Below, piece after piece: positions 27,759 to 38,538 of a stretch of DNA of 64,000 nt. The stretch spans positions 5,353 to 69,352 of the forward strand of contig CAJYHL010000037.1 of NCBI GenBank assembly GCA_913774625.1, read 5' to 3'. The position numbers were made by a program, and so were the translations under genes. A model generated the notes under the pieces. The model saw nothing but the letters and a program-made list of their open reading frames with translations. It ran no database searches and was not told the origin of the DNA. Every line of letters starts with the position of its first letter. Position 1 is the first letter of the stretch. The stretch comes from an uncultured Acidovorax sp. Lineage in GTDB: Bacteria > Pseudomonadota > Gammaproteobacteria > Burkholderiales > Burkholderiaceae_C.

Positions 27759-28625
27759 ATGAGCGAATCTCCCCACGACAGCAAGGGCGCCGACGCAGCG
27801 CCAGCCCACCTGCCGACCGCCGCCGCGCCGCCCTCCGTCACCGCCATGCCCTGGCAGAACTGGCGCCAGGCCACCCCGGCGCGTATCGCCCTGGGCCGGG
27901 CTGGAGTGGCCATTCCCACCGACGAGGGGCTGCGCTTCGGCTGGGCCCACGCCATGGCGCGCGACGCCATCCATGCGCCGCTGGATGCCGAAGGCCTGGA
28001 GCAGGCGCTGCGCGAGGCAGGCCACACGGTGCTGCGCGCGCGCAGCCGGGCGGACGACCGCGCCACCTACCTGCGCCGCCCCGACCTGGGCCGCCAGCTG
28101 CACCCCGAAGACGCCCTGGCGCTGCAGGCGCATGCCGCGCAGGCCGGGGCGCGGCCCTCGCTGTGCGTGGTGGTGGGCGACGGCCTGTCGTCGCTTGCGG
28201 TGCAGCGCCACGCCGTGCCGCTGCTGCAGGCACTGGCGCCGCTGCTGCCGGCGGGCGCCACGCTGGCGCCCGTGGTCGTGGTGCAGCAGGCCCGCGTGGC
28301 CGTGGCCGACGAGGTCGGCGAGCTGCTGGGCGCGGCCATGAGCGCCATGCTGATCGGCGAGCGGCCGGGCCTGAGTTCGCCCGACAGCCTGGGCATCTAC
28401 CTCACCCATGCGCCCCGGCGCGGGCGCAGCGACGCGGAGCGCAACTGCATCTCCAACGTGCGCGCCGAAGGCCTGAGCTATGCCGCCGCCGCCTTCAAGC
28501 TGGCCTGGCTGATGCGCCAGGGCGCACGCCTGGGCGCCACCGGCGTGGCGCTCAAGGACGACAGCGATGCGGAGTGGGCCATCGCCCAGACACCGCAGAA
28601 AGCGCCGGCAGGGCTGGGCCGCTGA
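27759..28625 (+). CDS. eutC: Ethanolamine ammonia-lyase small subunit
   Basis: TPARIALGRAG, YLRRPDLGR, LIGERPGLS, RNCISN. Confidence 0.95.
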   Translation: MSESPHDSKGADAAPAHLPTAAAPPSVTAMPWQNWRQATPARIALGRAGVAIPTDEGLRFGWAHAMARDAIHAPLDAEGLEQALREAGHTVLRARSRADDRATYLRRPDLGRQLHPEDALALQAHAAQAGARPSLCVVVGDGLSSLAVQRHAVPLLQALAPLLPAGATLAPVVVVQQARVAVADEVGELLGAAMSAMLIGERPGLSSPDSLGIYLTHAPRRGRSDAERNCISNVRAEGLSYAAAAFKLAWLMRQGARLGATGVALKDDSDAEWAIAQTPQKAPAGLGR

Positions 28626-28642
28626 ACGACGACCGCCGATGT

Positions 28643-29821
28643 TCAAGCGGCGCGCACTGCCGGGAACGCGCACGCGGCAACCTGGTTGCGCCCGCCGTGC
28701 TTGGCCCGGTACATCTCCGCGTCGGCGGCGGCGACCAGATGCTCCCAGTTGTCGCCCGGCTGCGGGACGCCAGCCACGACACCGATGCTCAGCGTGACCG
28801 GCACGCGGTGCCCGGCAGACTCCAGGCGCGCCTGCTCGACTGCCACGCACAGCTGGCGGGCCAGAGTCGTCGCGCCGGCCAAGGGCGTGGACGGCAGCAG
28901 CACCAGGAACTCTTCGCCGCCATAGCGGCCCACGAGGTCCTGCTTGCGCAAGCGCGAATTCAGCATCGCGACCACGCCGCACAGCACCTGATCGCCCGCC
29001 AGGTGGCCGAACCGGTCATTGATGTGCTTGAAGTGGTCGATGTCCACCATCATCACGGCGATCGGCTCGCCGGAGCGCGAGGACTGCGCCGCGCTCTGCT
29101 CCAGCGCGGCAATGGTGGCGCGCCGATTGGGCACGCCGGTGAGTGGATCTTGCGCAGCCAGGCGCCGGTTGATCTCGGTCGCCCGATCCATGGCCATCAA
29201 CACGAAACCGAACGACGACGTTTGCACCACGATGAAGGTCACCAGGAAAACGACGAAGTGCTCTCCAAGGTCGCCCTGCGAAACGGCATCGGACGGCCCC
29301 ACACCCAGCGCCGCCTCCACGCCCCGGGCCAGCAACAGCAGCAGCAACAGCAGCAGCCCTCCGAAGACGAACCAGACACCCCGGCCCGCATCCCGCCGGT
29401 CGACGAGCGCCAGCGCCCGCAGAGCCAGCACCAGCTGGATCGAGAGAATGCCGCTGGCCAGCATCAGGCGCATCTGCAAGACATGCAGGAACACCGTGAA
29501 CAGAATCCCCGTGAACGCGACGGGCGCCAGCATCCACCCCCAGGGCAGTGGACGTCCCTGAAACTGATGGATCGCCCCCAGCAGGCACGAGAAGACGCCG
29601 GACATCAGGGCATTGGCCAGCATGACGGACAACATGTCCGGCAATTTGCCTCGCCCGGCCAGCAGTGCACAGGCCAGCGCATGCAGTAGCAGTGCCACCG
29701 CCCACGTGCCCAGACCTTCGCGACGTCGGTCGGCTCTGACCAGAAGCAAGCTCGCCGCCATCACCGTGGAAGTGGTCACGGTGACGAGCAGCAGCGTGGG
29801 GAGATGCAGTAGAGGTCCCAT
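28643..29821 (-). CDS. Membrane-bound diguanylate cyclase
   Basis: About 7 TM segments; DPLTGVPNRR, DIDHFK, RKQD, GGEEF. Confidence 0.9.
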   Translation of the reverse strand: MGPLLHLPTLLLVTVTTSTVMAASLLLVRADRRREGLGTWAVALLLHALACALLAGRGKLPDMLSVMLANALMSGVFSCLLGAIHQFQGRPLPWGWMLAPVAFTGILFTVFLHVLQMRLMLASGILSIQLVLALRALALVDRRDAGRGVWFVFGGLLLLLLLLLARGVEAALGVGPSDAVSQGDLGEHFVVFLVTFIVVQTSSFGFVLMAMDRATEINRRLAAQDPLTGVPNRRATIAALEQSAAQSSRSGEPIAVMMVDIDHFKHINDRFGHLAGDQVLCGVVAMLNSRLRKQDLVGRYGGEEFLVLLPSTPLAGATTLARQLCVAVEQARLESAGHRVPVTLSIGVVAGVPQPGDNWEHLVAAADAEMYRAKHGGRNQVAACAFPAVRAA

Positions 29822-30011
29822 GGGCGAAGGAGGCAGGCAAAGAAAAGCAGGGTGAGGCTGCAGACGCCGACGCTGTGGACCTGCCGTCGAAGGCCCCGAA
29901 AGCGTTCACGGCGGCGAGGAGGGCACGATGGTAAACGCACCCAGCCTGCAGAGACATCGCACGGCGAGGGCCTCAGGCTCCCCGTCACTCCGGGAGGAAA
30001 AGCGTCCCTGG

Positions 30012-32021
30012 TCAGGACCTCCGCTCGGGCAAGTGCGTGGGGCTGGCGAAGGGCTGCGCAGGCGCCTCGACATGCTGCACTGCCGCGAGCCGGAAGAATT
30101 CCACGGCGGCGGACAGGCGCATCGCCTGCTCGCGCAGGCTTTGCGCGGCGGCGGCGGATTCCTCCACCAGCGCAGCGTTCTGCTGCGTCATCTGGTCGAG
30201 CTCGTTGATGGATCCGTTCACCTGACCGATGCCGCTCGCCTGCTCGGCCGCCGCGGCGGAAATCTCCCCGACGATGTCGCCCACGCGGCGCACCGAGCCC
30301 AGGATCTCCTCCATCGTGCTGCCGGCGGCGCGCACGCGCAGCGCGCCCGCTTCGGCCTGCTCGACCGAAGCGCCGATCAGCGCCTTGATCTCGCGCGCAG
30401 CCTCGGCCGAGCGGCCCGCCAGCGCGCGCACCTCGCTGGCCACCACGGCGAAGCCCCGGCCCTGCTCGCCCGCGCGGGCCGCTTCCACGGCCGCGTTCAG
30501 CGCCAGGATGTTGGTCTGGAAGGCGATGGAGTCGATCACACCGATGATGTCGCCGATCTTGCTACTGGCCTGCTGGATGCCGCCCATGGTCTCCACCACC
30601 TCGCCCACCACCCGGCCGCCGCGCTCGGCCACCTCGCCGGCCGACGTGGACAGCTGGTGCGCCATGCGCGCCGCGTCGGCCGACTGGCGCACCATGGCGG
30701 CGAACTGCTCCATGCTCTGGGCCGTGCCCGCCAGGCTGGCAGCCGCGGATTCGGTGCGGCCCGACAGGTCCTGGTTGCCGGTGGCGATCTCGGCGCTGGC
30801 GCTGGTGATGCTCTCCACGGCCGTGCGCACCTGCTGCAGCATCTGCACATAGCGCTGGCGCAGTCCTTCGACCTCGCGGATGAGCGCGCCCATCTCGTCG
30901 CTCCTGTCGGTGGCGAAGGCCTGGGTCAGGTCGCCCTGGGCCACCGTGGTGACGGCCTGGGTCAGCTCCCGCAGCGGCCGGCTCACGCCGCCCTTGAGCA
31001 CCATGAAGAGGCCGAAGCCCAACGCAGCCAGCGCGGCCCCGATGGTGGCCCACACGCCCCGGAGCGCGGAGCGCTGGTCTTCCAGCGCCTCGTCGTCGGA
31101 GACCTCGGCCACCACCCACCAGCCGGAATCGGTCTTGCTGCGCACGGCCCAGGGGTGGGAGCCCTGTCCCGGCAGCAGGGACGGAGCGGGGTCCACGAAG
31201 CGCTCGTCGCGCAGCTGCTTCAGGAAGTCGGCGGCCTGCGGAAAGACCTGCAGCACCTTCTTGCCGACTTCGGTGGGATGCGCGATGAAGACCGCCTCTT
31301 CGGGCGATCCGCGCGGATCGATCACGTAGCCGCCACCGTGCTCGAAGAACTTCAGGGCGCTGATCTGCTTCTGGATCTGCTCGCGGAAGATGCTCAGGTC
31401 TGCGCCCACGAACAGCACCGCGACGATCTTGCCGGACGCGTCGCGGCGCGGTTCGTAATGGGTCATGTAGGGGCGCCCGAAGAGCGTGGCGCGGCCGATG
31501 TAGTTCTCGCCCTTGAGCACCAGCGGATAGGCCGGGCTGGAGCGGTCGAGCACGGTGCCCACGGCACGCTGGCCGCGCTCGTCCTGCAGGGACGTGGCGA
31601 TGCGCACGAAGTCGTCGCCCTTGCGCGCGAACAGGGTGGCCACGCCGCCGGTGGCCCGCGCGAAGTCGTCCACCAGGTCGTTGGCGCCGTCGAGCACCTT
31701 GCCGCCGCTGCTCAACTCGCCCGTGGCCTCGTCCAGCTGCAGGGCCTTGGGGAATTCGCCCGCGAAGTGGGCGGCGTTGCGGCGCACGATGGCCACGTTG
31801 GCCTGGTACATCGCGTCGAGCGAGGCGCTCACGGCGTCGATGCCGTTGCCCACGCCCTCCACGGCCTGGCTGCGCGCCGAGCGGATGGTGATGTCCGAAA
31901 TGGTCAGGCTGACCAGCAGCAGCACCACCGCCAGCAGGGCGATGGCCAGCAGCGCGATGCGGCGTGCGACGGACCCGCCCAGGGCCCTGGAATGCGCCAG
32001 ATCAGGAGTGGCATAGCTCAT
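30012..32021 (-). CDS. Methyl-accepting chemotaxis protein (Cache sensor, HAMP, MCP signal domain)
   Basis: [25 protein letters not shown] Cache_3/Cache_2-like region; [30 protein letters not shown]. Confidence 0.94.
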   Translation of the reverse strand: MSYATPDLAHSRALGGSVARRIALLAIALLAVVLLLVSLTISDITIRSARSQAVEGVGNGIDAVSASLDAMYQANVAIVRRNAAHFAGEFPKALQLDEATGELSSGGKVLDGANDLVDDFARATGGVATLFARKGDDFVRIATSLQDERGQRAVGTVLDRSSPAYPLVLKGENYIGRATLFGRPYMTHYEPRRDASGKIVAVLFVGADLSIFREQIQKQISALKFFEHGGGYVIDPRGSPEEAVFIAHPTEVGKKVLQVFPQAADFLKQLRDERFVDPAPSLLPGQGSHPWAVRSKTDSGWWVVAEVSDDEALEDQRSALRGVWATIGAALAALGFGLFMVLKGGVSRPLRELTQAVTTVAQGDLTQAFATDRSDEMGALIREVEGLRQRYVQMLQQVRTAVESITSASAEIATGNQDLSGRTESAAASLAGTAQSMEQFAAMVRQSADAARMAHQLSTSAGEVAERGGRVVGEVVETMGGIQQASSKIGDIIGVIDSIAFQTNILALNAAVEAARAGEQGRGFAVVASEVRALAGRSAEAAREIKALIGASVEQAEAGALRVRAAGSTMEEILGSVRRVGDIVGEISAAAAEQASGIGQVNGSINELDQMTQQNAALVEESAAAAQSLREQAMRLSAAVEFFRLAAVQHVEAPAQPFASPTHLPERRS

Positions 32022-32278
32022 GCTTGAAATATCTCAATAGGGAAAGCCCTCGATTATGTTAGTTAGTTGTGATTTTTTGTAATTGATTCTTACAAATGGA
32101 AGGTCTGCCGCCATCGGCGGCGCGGCCATGGCGGCAGCAGAAATGCGCAACTTTGGTGCGCCCTGCCATCCCGAGGATGGGCGCGGAACCGCCGCCACCG
32201 GGCCCCTCGGCGGCCAAGGTGGTGCAGGCAAAGAGGAGGAATGCCCGAGCCAGGAATCGGATCTCGGGATGCAGCCGG

Positions 32279-32863
32279 TCAGTCGTGCTCGAAGTGGAAC
32301 ACCGCCGTGCTGGCCAGAGCATTGGGCAGCCGGCGGACCTCGCGGCCGTTCTGCAGGCCGAAGGCATCGAGGATGCGCAGGTGGTTGCGCGTGGCCAGCA
32401 CCTCGAAGTCCTTGAAGGTGCCCACGCGGATGTTGGGCGTGTCGTACCACTGGTAGGGCAGGCGGCGGGTGACGGGCATGCGGCCGCGCAGCACCGACAG
32501 GCGGTTGGGCCAGTGCGCGAAGTTGGGGAAGGCGACGATGCCGCTCTTGCCCACGCGCGCGGTCTCGCGCAGCATCACCTCGGCATTGCGCAGATGCTGC
32601 AGCGTGTCGATCTGCAGCACCACATCGAAGGCGTTGTCCTCGAACACGGCCAAGCCCTCTTCGAGGTTGAGCTGCACGACGTTGACGCCCCGGCGCACGC
32701 AGGCCAGCACGTTGGCGTCGGATATCTCCACGCCGTAGCCGGTGCAGCCGCGTTCGCGCTGCAGGTAGTCCAGCAGGCTGCCGTCGCCGCAGCCCAGGTC
32801 GAGCACGCGCGCGCCCCGCGGTACCCGGCGGGCGATGGCGTCCATGGTGGTGCGTTCGCTCAT
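32279..32863 (-). CDS. metW: Methionine biosynthesis protein MetW
   Basis: [26 protein letters not shown]; overlaps metX stop. Confidence 0.93.
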   Translation of the reverse strand: MSERTTMDAIARRVPRGARVLDLGCGDGSLLDYLQRERGCTGYGVEISDANVLACVRRGVNVVQLNLEEGLAVFEDNAFDVVLQIDTLQHLRNAEVMLRETARVGKSGIVAFPNFAHWPNRLSVLRGRMPVTRRLPYQWYDTPNIRVGTFKDFEVLATRNHLRILDAFGLQNGREVRRLPNALASTAVFHFEHD

Positions 32864-33990
32864 GCGCCCAGCTCCTCTGCGATACGGTTGAAATAGGCGG
32901 CGATGACGCCGTGGTAGCGGGCGTCGTCCAGCAGGAAGGCGTCGTGGCCGTGCGGCGCGTCGATCTCGGCGTAGCTCACGTCCCGGCGGTTGTCGAGCAG
33001 GGCCTTGACGATCTCGCGGCTGCGCGCGGGCGAGAAGCGCCAGTCGGTCGTGAAGCTCACCAGCAGGAAGCGCGCGGTGGCGCGTGCCAGCGCCAGCGCG
33101 AGGCTGCCGCCGTGCGCCAGCGCCGGGTCGAAGTAGTCGAGCGCGCGGGTGATGAGCAGATAGGTGTTGGCGTCGAAATAGTCGCTGAACTTGTCGCCCT
33201 GGTAGCGCAGGTAGCTCTCGATCTGGAATTCGATGTCCTGCGTGCTGTAGCGGGGCGCCAGGCCCTCGCGCAGCTGCCGGCCGAACTTCTCGTTCATCAC
33301 GTCGTCCGACAGGTAGGTGATGTGGCCGATCATGCGGGCGATGCGCAGGCCCCGCTTGGGGACGACGCCGTGCCGGTAGAAGTGCCCGCCGTGGAAATCG
33401 GGGTCGGTCACGATGGCGCGGCGCGCCACTTCATTGAAGGCGATGTTCTCGGCCGTGAGGTTGGGCGCGCTGGCCACCACCACGGCATGGCGCACGCGGT
33501 CCGGGTGCTGCAGCGTCCAGGACAGCGCCTGCATGCCGCCCAGGCTGCCGCCCAGCACGGCGGCCAGCTGGCCGATGCCCAGGCGGTCCAGCAGCCGGGC
33601 CTGGGCGTCCACCCAGTCCTCCACCGTCACCACGGGGAAGTCGGCGCCATAGACCTCGCCCGTGTCCGGGTTGCGGTGCATGGGCCCGGTAGAGCCGAAG
33701 CACGAGCCCAGGTTGTTGATGCCGATGACGAAGAAGCGGTTCGTGTCCACCGGCTTGCCCGGGCCGATCATGTTGTCCCACCAGCCTTCGCTCCTGGCCT
33801 GGCCCTCGTAGACGCCCGCCACATGGTGCGAGGCGTTGAGCGCATGGCAGACCAGCACGGCATTGGACCGGTCCGCGTTGAGGGTGCCGTAGGTTTCGTA
33901 GGCGAGCGTGTAGTCGCGCAGGGAGCCGCCGCCCTTCAGGGGCAGCGCTTCGGAAAAGCTCAGGAACTGGGGCGTGGCGATGAAGGACAT
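32860..33990 (-). CDS. metX: Homoserine O-acyltransferase
   Basis: [33 protein letters not shown]. Confidence 0.94.
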   Translation of the reverse strand: MSFIATPQFLSFSEALPLKGGGSLRDYTLAYETYGTLNADRSNAVLVCHALNASHHVAGVYEGQARSEGWWDNMIGPGKPVDTNRFFVIGINNLGSCFGSTGPMHRNPDTGEVYGADFPVVTVEDWVDAQARLLDRLGIGQLAAVLGGSLGGMQALSWTLQHPDRVRHAVVVASAPNLTAENIAFNEVARRAIVTDPDFHGGHFYRHGVVPKRGLRIARMIGHITYLSDDVMNEKFGRQLREGLAPRYSTQDIEFQIESYLRYQGDKFSDYFDANTYLLITRALDYFDPALAHGGSLALALARATARFLLVSFTTDWRFSPARSREIVKALLDNRRDVSYAEIDAPHGHDAFLLDDARYHGVIAAYFNRIAEELGA

Positions 33991-33991
33991 G

Positions 33992-34025
33992 AAAAAACCC
34001 GGCATCGCTAAAAACGAGGCCGGGT
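33992..34025 (-). terminator. Intrinsic terminator/attenuator immediately before the metX start
   Basis: Minus strand ACCCGGC...GCCGGGT stem followed by a U run, ending 1 nt before ATG. Confidence 0.7.
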
Positions 34026-34049
34026 CGGTGGAGTCACTTCGCGGACGGG

Positions 34050-34100
34050 TCTTTAGCTGAATTTGTAAAGCGCCCGCAAGCTGTAGCAAATCGGCGCGTG
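34050..34100 (-). ncRNA. SAM-II riboswitch
   Basis: Minus strand CGCGCCGAUUU..UUGC.GGCGC..AAAU..AGCUAAAG matches the SAM-II pseudoknot pattern; upstream of metX. Confidence 0.88.
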
Positions 34101-34140
34101 CGAAGACTATACCAAAGCCCTCGCCCGCGCAGCGGGGGCC

Positions 34141-34719
34141 TCAGGCCCCGGGCGCGCCCACGGGCGTGAACAGCGCCAGCACGCCCAGCACCAGGAAGAT
34201 CACCGCGGAAACCACATGCACCGCGCGGATGGGCACGCGGCGGGTGATGCGCTCGCCCAGCCAGACCACCGGCGCGTTGGCCAGCATCATGCCCAGCGTG
34301 GTGCCGGCCACCACGGCGAAGTAAGCGTGGTACTGCGCGGCCAGCATCACCGTGGCCACCTGGGTCTTGTCGCCCATCTCGGCCAGGAAGAAGGCCACCA
34401 CCGTGGTGCCGAACACGCCCCAGCGCGGGGTGGTGGCGGCGTCGTCCTCGTCGAGCTTGTCGGGGATCAGCATCCACACCGCCATGGCGATGAACGACAG
34501 GCCCAGCCCCCAGCGCAGCACGTGCGGGCCCACGACGGTGGTCACCCAGGAGCCGACCGCGCCGGCCAGGGCGTGGTTGGCCAGCGTCGAGACGAAGATG
34601 CCCAGCACGATGGGCCAGGGCTTGCGGAATCGCGCCGCGAGGACGAGCGAAAGGAGTTGTGTCTTGTCGCCCATCTCGGCGAGGGCGACGATGGCGGTGG
34701 AGACGAAGAAGGCTTCCAT
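34141..34719 (-). CDS. TMEM165/GDT1 (UPF0016) family Mn2+/Ca2+ transporter
   Basis: Two EMGDKTQ motifs. Confidence 0.93.
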   Translation of the reverse strand: MEAFFVSTAIVALAEMGDKTQLLSLVLAARFRKPWPIVLGIFVSTLANHALAGAVGSWVTTVVGPHVLRWGLGLSFIAMAVWMLIPDKLDEDDAATTPRWGVFGTTVVAFFLAEMGDKTQVATVMLAAQYHAYFAVVAGTTLGMMLANAPVVWLGERITRRVPIRAVHVVSAVIFLVLGVLALFTPVGAPGA

Positions 34720-34799
34720 GGGGCAGGGTCGTTATCCGGCCGGAGATACGACAGACGACATTGACTGCGCCCCGTCTCCGGCCTGTGGAACGGTGCGCA

Positions 34800-34928
34800 G
34801 TCAATGGTCTCGCCCAGCACGTTGTGCTCAACCGCCGCAGGCACCATAGACCGCAAAGGTCCAAGTTTGTTGATGCATGCTCCCTGGGCACCAGGCTGGT
34901 GCCGAAGGCGGGCTACTCCCCAAAGACT
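34800..34928 (-). ncRNA. yybP-ykoY manganese riboswitch
   Basis: Minus strand UUUGGGGAGUAGCC...CAUCAACAAACU...GGCGAGACCAUUGAC upstream of a UPF0016 gene; competing hairpin CATTGACTGCGC/GCGCAGTCAATG (34759-34806). Confidence 0.85.
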
Positions 34929-35165
34929 GGCGCGATTGTAACGAGAACGCGGAAGTCCCTGGGGTAAACACGCATCCAAAGTGTTGCAGCCGCGCTGAAT
35001 GTTTGCAGCCGGTAGCAAAACTATGGTTAATAATGGTTCCTGCCTTTCTGCCTTGCAGGAATGCAAGCTGCGGTGTTTGGTCGGTTTCGCGTCTTTGAAG
35101 TCGTCACAGGTTTGTTGATTGCGTAAGGCTCATCGCGTTTTCTTGGTTTTTTGTAGGAGTCCTTC

Positions 35166-35564
35166 ATGGGCAACAAACTTTACGTGGGCAACCTGCCCTA
35201 TTCCTTCCGCGATAGCGACCTCGAGCAGACCTTCAGCCAGTTCGGCGCCGTGAACAGCGCTAAGGTCATGATGGAACGCGACACCGGCCGTTCGAAGGGC
35301 TTCGGCTTCGTCGAAATGGGCAGCGACGCAGAAGCGCAAGCAGCCATCCAGGCCGTGCATGGCCAAAACTTCGGCGGCCGTGACCTGGTGGTCAACGAAG
35401 CCCGTCCGATGGAACCCCGTCCCCCCCGCAGCGGTGGCTTCGGTGGCGGCAATGGCGGCGGCTACGGCGGTGGCCGCAGCGGCGGCGGCTACGGTGGTGG
35501 CAATGGCGGCGGCTACGGCGGCGGCAACGGTGGTGGTTACGGCGGCGGCCGCAACAGCTACTAA
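35166..35564 (+). CDS. RRM-domain RNA-binding protein with Gly-rich tail (copy 1)
   Basis: RNP2 LYVGNL, RNP1 KGFGFVEM; AGGAG RBS. Confidence 0.93.
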   Translation: MGNKLYVGNLPYSFRDSDLEQTFSQFGAVNSAKVMMERDTGRSKGFGFVEMGSDAEAQAAIQAVHGQNFGGRDLVVNEARPMEPRPPRSGGFGGGNGGGYGGGRSGGGYGGGNGGGYGGGNGGGYGGGRNSY

Positions 35565-35616
35565 GCACACGACTGCCCCTGCGAGAGCGCCCCTTCCGGG
35601 CGCCATGCACAGTCAG

Positions 35617-35643
35617 AAAAAAGGCCCCTCGAGGGCCTTTTTT
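35617..35643. terminator. Bidirectional intrinsic terminator
   Basis: AAAAAAGGCCC-CTCGA-GGGCCTTTTTT. Confidence 0.85.
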
Positions 35644-35857
35644 CATGCCCCTGTCACCGTCATCGCCGCCGGGAGGTAACGAGGGGAAAAGGCCTTGCTT
35701 TTCCCCGGATTTTGTGGCGCATAATGTTTTGCGCGGTGCTGCCGCGCCGAGGTCTGCGGTGATCCTTTCATTTCGCGCATAGGGCGTCTTTCGTGATTAA
35801 CTGGCTGCGTTTCCGGGACTCCATCGCTTTATCAATGTGTTTTTGAGGAGTCCCTCA

Positions 35858-36379
35858 ATGGGCAACAAACTGTACGTCGGCAATCTGCCGTACTCCGTGC
35901 GTGATGGCGACCTTGAACAGGCCTTCAGCCAGTTCGGCTCGGTCACCAGCGCCAAGGTCATGATGGAACGCGACACCGGCCGTTCCAAGGGCTTCGGCTT
36001 CGTCGAGATGGGCAGCGACGACGAGGCGCAGTCCGCCATCCACGGCATGAACGGCCAGCCTCTGGGCGGTCGCAGCATCGTGGTGAACGAAGCCCGTCCG
36101 ATGGAAGCCCGTCCGCCCCGCAGCGGTGGCGGCTTCGGCGGCGGGGGTGGTGGTGGCTTCGGCGGCGGCGGCCGCAGCGGTGGCGGTGGTTACGGCGGCG
36201 GCGGTGGCGGCTCCGGTGGTGGTGGCCGTGACGGCGGCGGCGGTGGTTTCGGCGGCGGCGGCCGTGGCGATGGCGGCTTCCGCAGCCCCTACGGCTCCGG
36301 CTCGCGCAACGGCGGCGGCGGTGGCCGCAGTGGCGGTGGTGGCGGCGGCTACGGCGGTGGCAACGGCGGCGGTTACTGA
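35858..36379 (+). CDS. RRM-domain RNA-binding protein with Gly-rich tail (copy 2)
   Basis: Same RNP motifs; GAGGAG RBS; near-identical RRM to copy 1. Confidence 0.93.
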   Translation: MGNKLYVGNLPYSVRDGDLEQAFSQFGSVTSAKVMMERDTGRSKGFGFVEMGSDDEAQSAIHGMNGQPLGGRSIVVNEARPMEARPPRSGGGFGGGGGGGFGGGGRSGGGGYGGGGGGSGGGGRDGGGGGFGGGGRGDGGFRSPYGSGSRNGGGGGRSGGGGGGYGGGNGGGY

Positions 36380-36421
36380 CCCGCTACGTTCCACACAAGG
36401 GCGCCAGGCGCCTGCAAAGAC

Positions 36422-36445
36422 AAAGGCTCCCTCGGGAGCCTTTTT
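36422..36445 (+). terminator. Intrinsic terminator
   Basis: AAAGGCTCCC-TC-GGGAGCCTTTTT. Confidence 0.8.
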
Positions 36446-36465
36446 GCATCGCGGGGACCGGCCGG

Positions 36466-37266
36466 CTACGCGCCGGAACCACGCCCCTCGCCCTGCCGGT
36501 GCTTGCGCGGGCGGCCGGCCAGCAGCCGGTCGAAGACGGCGTTGGGCAAGAGGCGCAGCAGCTTGGCGACGACGCCCATCTGCCAGGGGATGACGCGGTA
36601 GCTGGCTCCGGCGCGGATGGCATCGAAGGCGCGGGCGGCGAAGTCCTCGGGCCGCATCAGGAAGGGCATGGCGTAGCGGTTCTGCCGGGTGAGCGGCGTG
36701 TCGATGTAGCCGGGGCAGAGGGTGACCACCTTCACGCCCGCAGGCCGCAGCTCGCCGCGCAGGCTTTCGCAGTAGCTGATGACCGCCGCCTTGCTGGAGC
36801 AATAGGCGCCGTGCCCGGGCAGGCCGCGGATGCCGGCCACGCTGCCGATGCCGACCAGCGCGCCGCTGCCGCGCTGCACCATGCCCGCGACGAAGGGCTG
36901 GAAGGTGGCGGCCATGCCGAGATTGTTGGTGGCGAAGGTGCGGGACATCACCTCCAGGTCTTCGCGCAGTGCCGTGTCCATGCCGACGCTGATGCCGGCG
37001 TTGGCGATGACCACGTCAGGCAGCCCCTGGGCCTCGAGGCAGGCCGCGCCGGCCGCGGCGATGCTGTCGGGCACGGCTACATCCGCACTATAGATTTGGT
37101 AGCTATCTGCCGGGATTCCATGGGCGCGGGCCCAGGATTCGATTTCGGACGTGCGACGAGCCACGAGGGCCAGCCGCCAGCCGGCCTGATGGAACCGCCG
37201 GGCCAGCGCCTGGCCAATGCCGCTGGAGGCACCGGTGATGAAGACCAGGGGGCTGGAGGATGCCAT
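36466..37266 (-). CDS. Short-chain dehydrogenase/reductase
   Basis: ITGASSGIG, NAG, YCSSK. Confidence 0.9.
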   Translation of the reverse strand: MASSSPLVFITGASSGIGQALARRFHQAGWRLALVARRTSEIESWARAHGIPADSYQIYSADVAVPDSIAAAGAACLEAQGLPDVVIANAGISVGMDTALREDLEVMSRTFATNNLGMAATFQPFVAGMVQRGSGALVGIGSVAGIRGLPGHGAYCSSKAAVISYCESLRGELRPAGVKVVTLCPGYIDTPLTRQNRYAMPFLMRPEDFAARAFDAIRAGASYRVIPWQMGVVAKLLRLLPNAVFDRLLAGRPRKHRQGEGRGSGA

Positions 37267-37312
37267 GGGAGGGTTTCCGGTAGAGGGAGCTATCTGCCAG
37301 CGCCGGTGGCCT

Positions 37313-37951
37313 TCAGCGGTCGGCGGGAGCGGGCTGGAAGGTGCCGCGTACCCGGCCGCGCAGCTGCACGATCTGGTCGAGGTTGTCGTAGTCCAGGTTG
37401 TCGGCCGTGAACACGTCGTCGCCACGCTTGAGCGTGACGGGCAGGTCGGACTTCACGCGTTCGGAATTGACCCAGACCTGCAGGAACTCGCCCCGGAATT
37501 CCAGGCGCGGCAGGGCTTTCTGGCCGCTGCGGGGCTGCGATTCGCGGATGACGACGGCATTGCCGAAGAGCTGCACCTCGGAGCCGTCGGCGTTCGAGAC
37601 GGCGCGGTCGGCCGATGCGGTGGTGACGCGGCCTTCGGGCGTGGTGGCGCGCAGGCGCATGCGGTCCACTTCGAGGGTGTCGGTGTCCAGGTAGTGGCGG
37701 GCCATGTCGCCCAGCATCTCGCTGGACAGGCGGCCGGTGGCGTCGAAGCTCTTGACCGAGAAGTCGCGCATGAAATAGTCCACCTCGTGCGCGGGCGCGC
37801 GGGGCGGCTCGGCCTGGGGCGGCTTGGGGGCGTTGCGCACCAGCCACCAGGTGCCCAGGGCGAGCAGGAACATCAGCGCCACGGGCAGGTAGATGGAGAG
37901 CCGGTCCCAGCCCCGGCGCACGCGCTGTAGTTGCAGCAGCACTCCGCTCAT
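37313..37951 (-). CDS. lptC: LPS export protein LptC
   Basis: Single N-terminal TM helix, DYFMRDFS, beta-jellyroll-like C-part; downstream of kdsD-kdsC. Confidence 0.85.
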   Translation of the reverse strand: MSGVLLQLQRVRRGWDRLSIYLPVALMFLLALGTWWLVRNAPKPPQAEPPRAPAHEVDYFMRDFSVKSFDATGRLSSEMLGDMARHYLDTDTLEVDRMRLRATTPEGRVTTASADRAVSNADGSEVQLFGNAVVIRESQPRSGQKALPRLEFRGEFLQVWVNSERVKSDLPVTLKRGDDVFTADNLDYDNLDQIVQLRGRVRGTFQPAPADR

Positions 37952-38538
37952 GCGTAGTCCGCCAGCAGAGCGGCGTAGCGGCCGCTGGCGACCAGCAGCA
38001 GATCGCAGAATTCGCGCGCCGCCCCGGCACCGGCCGCTGCCGTGGTGACGTGGTGCGCCACGGCGCGGGCCTCGATGTGGCCGTGCGCGGGGGCGCAGGC
38101 GAAGGCGGCGCGGCGCATCACGGGCAGGTCGGGCCAGTCGTCGCCCATCGCGGCGGCCTGGCTCCAGTCCAAGCCCAGCTCGGCCAGGATGGCTTCGGCG
38201 GCGGGGCGCTTGTCTTCGGTGCCGAAGCGCGCATGGACCACGCCCAGGGCCTTCAGGCGCAGGCGCAGCGCGGGCGCGTCGCGGCCGGTGACGACGGCGG
38301 GCACGATGCCGGCTCGCTGCAGCAGCTTGATGCCGTGGCCGTCCAGGGTGTTGAAACGCTTGAGGGTCTCGCCAGCCTCGGAAAAGTAGAGGCCGCCGTC
38401 GGTCAGCACGCCATCGACGTCGAAGAAGGCCACGCGCACGCCCTGGGCGCGCAGCAGCAGCTCGGGCGGGTGCTGCAGGGCCGGGCGCAGCGGGGGCAGT
38501 TCGGGGGCGGAAAGCGGCATGCGGTCAGGCGTGTGCAT
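37948..38538 (-). CDS. kdsC: KDO-8-phosphate phosphatase (HAD family)
   Basis: FDVDGVLTDG, DGHGIK, GDDWPDL, GAGAAREFCD. Confidence 0.92.
   Translation of the reverse strand: MHTPDRMPLSAPELPPLRPALQHPPELLLRAQGVRVAFFDVDGVLTDGGLYFSEAGETLKRFNTLDGHGIKLLQRAGIVPAVVTGRDAPALRLRLKALGVVHARFGTEDKRPAAEAILAELGLDWSQAAAMGDDWPDLPVMRRAAFACAPAHGHIEARAVAHHVTTAAAGAGAAREFCDLLLVASGRYAALLADYA

Noticed and set aside
35430-36379. GGCGGCGGT-type repeats as CRISPR or VNTR
   Set aside because: They encode the Gly-rich tails of the RRM proteins; no repeat-spacer structure and no cas genes
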